Source of the DNA: an uncultured Nitratifractor sp.
GTDB lineage: Bacteria; Campylobacterota; Campylobacteria; Campylobacterales; Sulfurovaceae
Direction: 5' to 3'
Assembly: GCA_964393855.1 (NCBI GenBank)
Contig: CAYMUV010000001.1
Span: forward strand, 1 to 26,726
DNA: 26,726 bases
Shown here piece by piece: positions 7,433 to 14,511 of the stretch. The position numbers and the translations under genes were made by a program. The first letter of the stretch is position 1. Every line of letters begins with the position of its first letter. The notes beneath the pieces are model-generated. The model did not search any database, had not been told where the DNA came from, and saw only the letters and a list, made by a program, of their open reading frames with translations.

Positions 7433-8251
7433 CTACTTTATTGTATTTGTTATTTTAGCATCTTTTTTTTCATTATCTACAGCATCTTTTATGCTCTTAC
7501 TAAATTGATCTTGTTTCATTTTAGCGATAATTCTATCTTTTACCTCTTTAAATTCTGCTACACCCTCTGGTTTATGGTCTTCTAAATATATTACATGATA
7601 ACCAAATTGTGTTTTAACAGGTTTTGTAGTGATTTCGCCTTTTTTTAGAGCAAAAGCTGCATCTTCAAACGGCTTAACCATTTGCCCTTTTCCAAAGTAT
7701 CCTAAATCTCCACCATTTTTGCCAGTTGGTCCAGTAGATTTTGATTTTGCAAGCTCGATAAATTTACTCTTTAACTCATCGCCTTTAAGTGCTTTAAGAG
7801 TGTTTATAATATCGTTAGCCTCTTTTTCTGTTTTAACCAAAATGTGTCTAGCATGAACTCTTTCTGGAACTTTAAATTTATCTTTATTGTCTTGATAATA
7901 TTTATTGGCTTCAGAATCGCTAATTAAAACTCTTTTATATAACTTTTTCATCCAACTATTAACAAGTAAATCTTTTTTTACCTGCTCTAAATTCTTTAAG
8001 TAGTCCGCATCTTTTTCGATACCTGCTTTTTTAGCTATTTTTACCATAAGCTCTTTATCTATAAACTTATTTAGCAATTTCTTTTGTTGCTCTTTATTAA
8101 GCTTATCAAAATCTCCACCTTGTTGCTTTAACATAGCATTTATCTCTGCTTTTGTAACTGTAGCTCCATCTACTGTTGCTAAAACATCTGCTGCACTTAA
8201 TGATGATGCAAAAATTAGTGATGCTACCGTAACACTTTTTACTAAACTCAT
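7433..8251 (-). CDS. peb4: Periplasmic parvulin-type peptidyl-prolyl isomerase/chaperone, PEB4/Cbf2 family
   Basis: Sec signal; VHARHILVK, FIELAKSKSTGP, GGDLGYF, MVKPFEDAAF and PVKTQFGYHVIY; lies between nth and fba as in other Campylobacterota. Confidence 0.88.
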   Translation of the reverse strand: MSLVKSVTVASLIFASSLSAADVLATVDGATVTKAEINAMLKQQGGDFDKLNKEQQKKLLNKFIDKELMVKIAKKAGIEKDADYLKNLEQVKKDLLVNSWMKKLYKRVLISDSEANKYYQDNKDKFKVPERVHARHILVKTEKEANDIINTLKALKGDELKSKFIELAKSKSTGPTGKNGGDLGYFGKGQMVKPFEDAAFALKKGEITTKPVKTQFGYHVIYLEDHKPEGVAEFKEVKDRIIAKMKQDQFSKSIKDAVDNEKKDAKITNTIK

Positions 8252-8287
8252 ATTAGCTCCTTAAACTAAATTTGAAAAAATTAATGA

Positions 8288-8297
8288 TAGTATACTA
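8288..8297. promoter_or_regulatory. Palindrome TAGTATACTA giving a TATACT -10 hexamer on both strands between divergent peb4 and nth
   Basis: Perfect 10-bp palindrome. TATACT on + at 8291-8296 and on - at 8294-8289 are each 37 nt from the respective start codon. Confidence 0.45.
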
Positions 8298-8333
8298 GCA
8301 GAATTTAAAAAAGTAGATTAATGATGGAGCAAT

Positions 8334-8999
8334 ATGAGTAAAAAAAGAGTATTAACACCAAAACTTGCAACTAAAAAAGAGATAGAAGAGATAAAAGATA
8401 TTTTTCTAAAACACTACCCAGACTCTGTAACAGAACTAAATTACAGAAATTTATATGAACTTTTAGTATCAGTGATGCTATCTGCTCAGTGTACAGACAA
8501 AAGGGTGAATATTATTACACCAGCACTATTTAAAAAATACCCATCTACAAAAGAGTTATCTAATGCTAATTTAGATGATGTTAAAGAGCTAATAAAGAGT
8601 TGTTCTTTCTTTAATAATAAGGCTAAAAATTTAATTCTTATGGCAAAAATGGTAGAGAGTGATTTTAATGGCGAAGTTCCACTAACACAAAAAGAGTTAG
8701 TTAAATTAGCAGGAGTTGGGCAAAAAACAGCCAATGTTGTATTAATAGAGTATACGGGTGCAAATTTAATGGCTGTAGATACACATGTGTTTAGAGTAGC
8801 TCATAGGCTAGGGTTAAGCAGAGCAAAAAATGTAAAAGATACCGAAGCAGATTTAGTAAAAAAGTTTAAAACCAATCTACACCAGCTACATCAAGCTATG
8901 GTTTTATTTGGTAGATATAAGTGCAAAGCTATCTCACCAGAGTGCGAAGAGTGTATTTTAAAAGAGTATTGCAAAAGTAAAGATAGATTTAAAGCATAA
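8334..8999 (+). CDS. nth: Endonuclease III
   Basis: LVSVMLSAQCTDKRVN, helix-hairpin-helix GVGQKTAN, AVDTHV and 4Fe-4S motif C-X6-C-X2-C-X5-C. Confidence 0.97.
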   Translation: MSKKRVLTPKLATKKEIEEIKDIFLKHYPDSVTELNYRNLYELLVSVMLSAQCTDKRVNIITPALFKKYPSTKELSNANLDDVKELIKSCSFFNNKAKNLILMAKMVESDFNGEVPLTQKELVKLAGVGQKTANVVLIEYTGANLMAVDTHVFRVAHRLGLSRAKNVKDTEADLVKKFKTNLHQLHQAMVLFGRYKCKAISPECEECILKEYCKSKDRFKA

Positions 9000-9014
9000 A
9001 GCAGTTTCTAAACT

Positions 9015-10292
9015 TTAAAAACTATTTACAGCTTTTATTATCTCTTTTACTACTTTATATGTTTTATCTACAGAGTCTAGCTCTACATACTCTCGTTTAG
9101 AGTGTGGATATCTAATATTTGGACCTATAGAGGCAAATTTAACATCTTTTAATTTTTTAGACAAAACACCACACTCTAAACCAGCATGTATAACTTTTTG
9201 GCTAGATTTTCCAAAGAGTTTTTTAATCTCTTTTTCTACCAATTTTGTAAAGTCGTTTATCTCTGGTTTCCAAGCTGGGTATTCATCTTCTATTTTTATA
9301 TTAAAGTTACTCTTTTTAAATATATCTGAAATTTCATTTACTATCATATCTAAACTATCATCGCTCATTGCTCTTGGGGTTACAATAAACTCTATTTGCC
9401 CATCTTTAGAGTTGATTTGAGCTAAATTCACACTTGTTTGAGGAACATTAAACTCTTTATTGTAGCTAATTACACCATGTGGCAATGTATCTATTAAATC
9501 TAAAATTACTTTACTACTTTTAAAGGCTTTTTTATTAATATTTAACTCTTTTACTTTTACATCACTATTAGGGATTAATCTATCTTTAGATACAACTATA
9601 GCCTTAGCATTAGCGGGTATTGAGTTTCTTCTCTCCCCTGCTTCTATAGAAATTAGAGCCTCTATTTTATTCTCTTTTAGATAGTTAGATAATAGCTTAA
9701 TAGCAGATGGAATATTTTTATCTATATCGACTCCAGAGTGCCCTCCTGGTAAATTAAGTAGACTCAACTCGTAAATATCTCCACTAACTTCTACTAACTC
9801 ATCTTTAAAATTAGCAACTATATCTGCCCCACCAGCACAGCCTATATAGACTTCGGCTTCATCTTCGCTATCTAAATTTAGTAGATATTTAGAAGTAATT
9901 AATAGCTCTAAATTTTTAGCTCCTATTAAACCAACCTCTTCATCATTTGTAAATAGAAACTCTGCATCTACTCCATCTTGCATAAGTGCCATCATTATAG
10001 CAATTGCAATACCATTATCTGCACCTAAAGTAGAGTTTTTTGCTCTTAAAATATTACCCTCTTTAATTAATTCTATATTTGGTGCATCTCCCACACATAC
10101 CATATCGTAATGTGCTTGCAAAGATATTTTAGGTTTCTCTTTAAATATTAAAATATTTCCATTATTATCGACTAAATGTTTATAATTTAACTCTTTTGCA
10201 AAATTTACCAAAAAATCTTGCATCTTTTTAGTTTTATAACTGCATCTTGCTACTTTTGCTATTGTAAAAAAGTTATTTAATACTCTATTCAT
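9015..10292 (-). CDS. pepD: M20C family aminoacyl-histidine dipeptidase
   Basis: Motifs LQAHYDMV, LGADNGI, DEEVGLIGA, NLDSEDE, GGHSG, YPAWKP, IHAGLECG and SIGP. Confidence 0.88.
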   Translation of the reverse strand: MNRVLNNFFTIAKVARCSYKTKKMQDFLVNFAKELNYKHLVDNNGNILIFKEKPKISLQAHYDMVCVGDAPNIELIKEGNILRAKNSTLGADNGIAIAIMMALMQDGVDAEFLFTNDEEVGLIGAKNLELLITSKYLLNLDSEDEAEVYIGCAGGADIVANFKDELVEVSGDIYELSLLNLPGGHSGVDIDKNIPSAIKLLSNYLKENKIEALISIEAGERRNSIPANAKAIVVSKDRLIPNSDVKVKELNINKKAFKSSKVILDLIDTLPHGVISYNKEFNVPQTSVNLAQINSKDGQIEFIVTPRAMSDDSLDMIVNEISDIFKKSNFNIKIEDEYPAWKPEINDFTKLVEKEIKKLFGKSSQKVIHAGLECGVLSKKLKDVKFASIGPNIRYPHSKREYVELDSVDKTYKVVKEIIKAVNSF

Positions 10293-10337
10293 AGGTAAAT
10301 CTCCGTAATATTTTTAATATTTTACACAAATTTTGGG

Positions 10338-10343
10338 TATAAT
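10338..10343 (+). promoter_or_regulatory. -10 element TATAAT for the sORF-xpaC-telA-SPFH operon
   Basis: Perfect hexamer 25 nt upstream of ATG 10369, followed by a purine-rich SD. Confidence 0.5.
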
Positions 10344-10368
10344 ACATTAATCTAAAAAGGGGAGAGAT

Positions 10369-10449
10369 ATGAACTACTATAAAATATTTGGTTTAATTTT
10401 TATTATCTATTCGCTAAGTATGGTCATTGGGGGCACATTTAATGGCTAA
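10369..10449 (+). CDS. Putative 26-aa single-pass membrane peptide (not in ORF track)
   Basis: MNYYKIFGLIFIIYSLSMVIGGTFNG*; SD AAGGGGAG at 10357-10364; the stop overlaps the next start (ATGGCTAA, 10442-10449). Confidence 0.55.
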   Translation: MNYYKIFGLIFIIYSLSMVIGGTFNG

Positions 10450-11263
10450 AATTAAGAAGATGAAAATAAAAAGAGTAAAAAAGCCATCTAAAGCTACTGT
10501 TATATATATTTTCTTAATTCCTCTATTTGTATCTACAATAAAAGAGCTATTTGCCAATAACTACTCTCTATTTTTATTAAAATTAATTGGTTTTGGTTTA
10601 ATTTTTGGTTCTATTAAATTAATAGATAAAGGCTTACTTAACGAGTTTAATTACAACAATAGCAATTTAGCTTTAGCCCCAAAGATAAAGTATAAACTAT
10701 TTGGATCAATTGCACTTACAATAGCTCTTTTATTTATAGTATTTACTACCTCTAACCTTACACTTATTAATGGGGTATTTAGTGCTGTTTTAGGTGGAGT
10801 TGGTGCATATATCTACTATGGTAAAGACCCAAGTGTAGATAAATTGCCAAAAGATAAAAGTGCAAACTATAAAAAAATTATCGAAAGTTTAAACGAAGCA
10901 AAAGAGAAACTTAAAAAAATTGAAAATAGCAATCAAAATATAGAAGATAAAAATTTAAAAAGTGCCATAGATAAAACATTAAGAAAAGCACACGATATTT
11001 TAAATACAATCGAGCAAGACCCAAAAGATATTAGTATTGTAAGAAAATTTATGGTTGTATATTTAGATGGTGTTAAAGATGTAATTTCTAAATATAACTC
11101 TATTGATAAAGAGGTATTAGATAGTAGCTACAAAGAGCGTTTAATCTCTTTGCTAGATGATGCAACTAAAAGATTCGATAAAGAGTTAGAGAGGTTAAAA
11201 TCTAACGACCTTTTTGATTTAGATGTACAAATAGATGCCCTTAAAGAGCAATTAAAACATTAA
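10442..11263 (+). CDS. XpaC-family (5-bromo-4-chloroindolyl phosphate hydrolysis family) membrane protein
   Basis: N-terminal hydrophobic segments ending YIYYGKDP, then a helical domain with IEQDPKDISIVRKFMVVYLDG and DLFDLDVQIDALKEQL, directly upstream of telA. ATG 10442 is preferred over TTG 10427. Confidence 0.75.
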   Translation: MAKIKKMKIKRVKKPSKATVIYIFLIPLFVSTIKELFANNYSLFLLKLIGFGLIFGSIKLIDKGLLNEFNYNNSNLALAPKIKYKLFGSIALTIALLFIVFTTSNLTLINGVFSAVLGGVGAYIYYGKDPSVDKLPKDKSANYKKIIESLNEAKEKLKKIENSNQNIEDKNLKSAIDKTLRKAHDILNTIEQDPKDISIVRKFMVVYLDGVKDVISKYNSIDKEVLDSSYKERLISLLDDATKRFDKELERLKSNDLFDLDVQIDALKEQLKH

Positions 11264-11277
11264 AAATAGGAGAATAA

Positions 11278-12417
11278 ATGGAAACTAAAGTTAAAGAGTT
11301 AGTAGAGGCAACAATAGAGAAACAAGATGAAAATTTACCAGCAGTTATTCCAGAAGAAGAGAGCAAATTACAAGAGGCTTTAAATGAAATAGACATTAAA
11401 GATAGAAACTCTGCAATATATTTTGGCTCTAAAGCTCAAGAGAAGTTAGATGATATATCTAATAAGATGCTAGATGGTGTTAAAAACAAAGATACAGGCA
11501 AAAGTGGTGAATTACTTAATAATATGGTAGCTACACTTAGAGGCTTTGATATGGATGAGTTTAATCCAAATAAAAAGCTTCATTGGTGGCAAAAACTATT
11601 TGGGTTTACAAAACCTCTTACAAAATTTGTACAAAAGTACGAAGAGGTAAAAGACCAAATAGATGCAATATCAGATGATTTAGAAAAACATAAAGCAAAA
11701 TTAACAACAGATATAGTAGCCTTAGATAAACTTTATGATGCTAACTTAGACTATTTTAGACAATTAGAGTTATATATAAAAGCTGGCGAAATAAAACTAT
11801 CTGAGCTAAATGAAAAAATTATACCAGAGTATGAGAGCAAAACTAAAGATAGTGATATGTTAAGTATTCAAGAGCTAAAAGAGATAAGAGGTTTTAGAGA
11901 TGACTTAGAAAGAAGAGTTCACGACTTAAAACTATCTAGACAAGTTGCAATGCAAGCTCTACCTAGTATTCGTCTTATTCAAGAAAATGATAAATCTTTA
12001 ATAAATAAAATTGGCTCTACTTTGGTAAATACTATTCCACTATGGCGTAATCAACTTGCTCAAACTGTTACAATTTTTAGAAGCCACGAAGCTGCAAAAG
12101 CTATTAAAAGTGCTAACGATTTAACAAATGACTTATTAGAACAGAGTGCCGAAGGTTTAAGAGAAGCAAATAAAGAAGTTAGAGAGCAAATGGAGCGTGG
12201 TGTATTTGATATAGAGAGTATCAAAAAAGCTAATAATACTCTTATAGAGACACTTAATGATTCTATTAAGATATCTCAACTTGGTAAAGAGGCAAGAGCT
12301 AAAGCAGAAATAGAGTTAAAAAATACAGAAAAAGCTCTAAAAGAGGCTCTTTTAGCAACTAAAGCAAAACAAGAGGCTTTAGATAGTGGTAAACAATTAG
12401 AAACGGATAGCAAATAG
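11278..12417 (+). CDS. telA: Toxic anion resistance protein, TelA family
   Basis: IYFGSKAQEKL, LYDANLDYFRQLELYIKAG, LERRVHDLKLSRQVAMQALPSIRLIQEND and TIPLWRNQLAQ; SD AGGAG. Confidence 0.9.
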   Translation: METKVKELVEATIEKQDENLPAVIPEEESKLQEALNEIDIKDRNSAIYFGSKAQEKLDDISNKMLDGVKNKDTGKSGELLNNMVATLRGFDMDEFNPNKKLHWWQKLFGFTKPLTKFVQKYEEVKDQIDAISDDLEKHKAKLTTDIVALDKLYDANLDYFRQLELYIKAGEIKLSELNEKIIPEYESKTKDSDMLSIQELKEIRGFRDDLERRVHDLKLSRQVAMQALPSIRLIQENDKSLINKIGSTLVNTIPLWRNQLAQTVTIFRSHEAAKAIKSANDLTNDLLEQSAEGLREANKEVREQMERGVFDIESIKKANNTLIETLNDSIKISQLGKEARAKAEIELKNTEKALKEALLATKAKQEALDSGKQLETDSK

Positions 12418-12422
12418 ATAAT

Positions 12423-13292
12423 ATGAAATTTATCGACTGGCTTTTTGGTGACTTATTAGAGAACATTGTCCACAAAGGAGATTTAACTGAACTTGTTTGG
12501 AATGTACCAAATAAAGAGAAAGAGATTAGATACAATACTAAATTAAAAGTACCTAAAGATTTTGTAGCTCTAGTTAAACTAAATAAAGATATTTTAGATA
12601 TTTTAGAGAGTGGTGCTTATAGATTAAATCGTATCTCTTTACCAAATATTGCGCAAGAGCTAGGCTGGAACGAAGAGACAGATGACCCTTTTAATGCTGA
12701 TATTTATTATATAAATAATCTAGGTTTCGAAGTTAAATTTAAAAATGGCTCTCCTATACTTATAAGGGATTTAAGAAATAATATAATTAAACTAAATAGT
12801 AATGGGTTTTTTATCTGTAAAATTATAGATTATAATACTTTTCTCAATCATATTATGTATAAAAAATTAAAACTTGATAATAGTAGTGTATCAGAGTACC
12901 TAGCAAAACTATTTATTGCCTTAATGCCTGATATTTTGGCAAATAGAGTATTACCTCTATCTAAGCTTTTAGAAGAGCACGAAGAGTTTATAAACTTTTT
13001 AATACATTCGTATAATGAAAAACTGAATGAAATAGGCTTACAAATCTCACACTTAACAATTAAAACTACCAATATTGAAGAGAAAAACATATATACAGGA
13101 ATAGATAAAGATAAAAAGAGAGAAAATAAAAATGTCTACTACATAATTCAAAACTCTAAAGAGAGTGGTCCATATACAAAAAGCGATATTTTGTGGATGT
13201 TAGATAATTTCGAATTAAATCCAAATAGCTATATATGGAGAGAGGGCTTAAATAATTGGTTAAAAATCAGGGATTTAATGGATTTTGAATAG
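12423..13292 (+). CDS. Divergent SPFH/Band-7 (YdjI-like) protein with C-terminal GYF_2 domain
   Basis: LVW...EIRYNTKLKV...GAYRL...LP...PFNADIYYIN...PILIRD resembles YdjI-type SPFH; the C-terminal YYIIQNSKESGPYT...SYIWREGLNNW fits the GYF_2 (DUF4339) pattern. Confidence 0.7.
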   Translation: MKFIDWLFGDLLENIVHKGDLTELVWNVPNKEKEIRYNTKLKVPKDFVALVKLNKDILDILESGAYRLNRISLPNIAQELGWNEETDDPFNADIYYINNLGFEVKFKNGSPILIRDLRNNIIKLNSNGFFICKIIDYNTFLNHIMYKKLKLDNSSVSEYLAKLFIALMPDILANRVLPLSKLLEEHEEFINFLIHSYNEKLNEIGLQISHLTIKTTNIEEKNIYTGIDKDKKRENKNVYYIIQNSKESGPYTKSDILWMLDNFELNPNSYIWREGLNNWLKIRDLMDFE

Positions 13293-13314
13293 TTCTATTT
13301 TTTCTTAAAAGAGA

Positions 13315-13686
13315 TTAAGCCTTTTTTGGCTTATTCTCTTTTTTTGTACTATCTTTTTTCTTAGCTTTTTGGCCCATAGCATCAGATTTATCTAGCGTTC
13401 TATCTAAAGTTGATTGAGGTCCAAGCAGTTCTGGGTCTTGCTCTTGGCTATCTAAACTAAATGGCTCCGGTTTTAAACCATATTTATTATCTTTAGTAAC
13501 AACTTTGCTCTCTTCTATAGGTGTAACGATAGTCTTTGCTTGCTCAACTGCAGGTGTAGCCTCGATACTTTCTACAACTGTTACATTATTATCTTTAGGC
13601 TTATTGTCTGGAGCCGGAGAACTCGTAGCAACACAACCAGAAACTAAAAATGAAAAAATAGCCAATATAAAAACTTTAATATTCAC
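13315..13686 (-). CDS. Lipoprotein of unknown function with DPELLGPQ motif (copy A, 123 aa)
   Basis: GTG start behind AAAAGGAG; lipobox LVSGC (Cys18); low-complexity body. Confidence 0.8.
   Translation of the reverse strand: MNIKVFILAIFSFLVSGCVATSSPAPDNKPKDNNVTVVESIEATPAVEQAKTIVTPIEESKVVTKDNKYGLKPEPFSLDSQEQDPELLGPQSTLDRTLDKSDAMGQKAKKKDSTKKENKPKKA
13402..13467 (-). repeat. Coding repeat copy 1 (EPFSLDSQEQDPELLGPQSTLD)
   Basis: 15 of 22 aa are identical to the copy at 14020-14085. Confidence 0.9.
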
Positions 13687-13723
13687 AAACTCTCCTTTTG
13701 TATAAACTTTTTATAGATTTTAC

Positions 13724-13751
13724 TTGACTTTTGTTAAATTTTTGATAAAAT
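13724..13751 (+). promoter_or_regulatory. sigma70-type promoter for thiS
   Basis: TTGACT (13724-13729), N16, then TAAAAT (13746-13751) preceded by TGn (extended -10). Confidence 0.6.
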
Positions 13752-13774
13752 CAAAGATAAAAATAGGGTTAATA

Positions 13775-13975
13775 ATGAATATAGTAGTAAATGGAGAAAA
13801 TTTTGAATTCAAAGAGCCTATAACACTTATAGAGGTTATAAAATCACTAAAGGTAGAAAGCAAAGTAATGGCAGCTGCAATCAACATGGAAATTATTAAA
13901 AAAGATAATTGGACTACACAAAAAGTAGAAGATGGAGACAAAATAGAGTTACTCCACTTTGTTGGTGGAGGTTAA
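13775..13975 (+). CDS. thiS: Sulfur carrier protein ThiS (66 aa)
   Basis: MNIVVNGE...AAAINMEIIKK..W...L/V.DGDKIELLHFVGGG with C-terminal Gly-Gly. The start at ATG 13775 gives the typical length and lies downstream of the promoter. Confidence 0.9.
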   Translation: MNIVVNGENFEFKEPITLIEVIKSLKVESKVMAAAINMEIIKKDNWTTQKVEDGDKIELLHFVGGG

Positions 13976-14466
13976 ATTTTTTTTGCCTCTTTGCTCTCTT
14001 TTTTTACTAATGGATTTGAATCTAATGTAGTTTGAGGTCCTAAAAGTTCGGGGTCACTCTCGTGTTTTTCTATACTATATGGTTCTTTATATACTTTTGC
14101 AACTTTTTTGTGAACTCTTTTTACTCTTTTAGAAGCACTTTTTTTAACAACTTTTTTCTCTTTGCTTTCAACTTTACTTTTAATTTTGCTTTTAATTTTT
14201 TTAGTTACTTTTTTATAGTTATCTACTTTTAAATTCGGTTTAGATGGTGTATATAATACTTTAGGTTGCTCTTTACTTATTGTTTCAACAACTTTAACAT
14301 CATTCGTTGTCGTTACTTTTCGTTGTTTTACAGCTAAAGTTTGTTTTTTATGTAAATTATACTCTTTTAATTTTTTAGCATAGACTCTTTGCTTAATTCT
14401 ATCTACTACACAACCATTCATTGCTATTGAGACAATAACTGTTAAAAGCAAAATTTTTTTGTTCAC
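13972..14466 (-). CDS. Lys-rich lipoprotein of unknown function with DPELLGPQ motif (copy B, 164 aa)
   Basis: GTG start behind AAAAGGAG; lipobox AMNGC (Cys19); the stop overlaps the thiS stop (TTAA). Confidence 0.8.
   Translation of the reverse strand: MNKKILLLTVIVSIAMNGCVVDRIKQRVYAKKLKEYNLHKKQTLAVKQRKVTTTNDVKVVETISKEQPKVLYTPSKPNLKVDNYKKVTKKIKSKIKSKVESKEKKVVKKSASKRVKRVHKKVAKVYKEPYSIEKHESDPELLGPQTTLDSNPLVKKESKEAKKI
14020..14085 (-). repeat. Coding repeat copy 2 (EPYSIEKHESDPELLGPQTTLD)
   Basis: 15 of 22 aa are identical to the copy at 13402-13467; third codon positions differ at several sites. Confidence 0.9.
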
Positions 14467-14511
14467 AAGTGCTCCTTTTTTTACACAATTATATATTAAC
14501 TAATATAAATT

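Noticed and set aside
11278-12417. Reading telA as proof of tellurite resistance or as a known anti-phage system
   Set aside because: The family name reflects one phenotype in one organism. No ter genes, nucleases or other defence domains are present here.
13752-13774. TPP riboswitch upstream of thiS
   Set aside because: The leader is far too short and has no riboswitch consensus.
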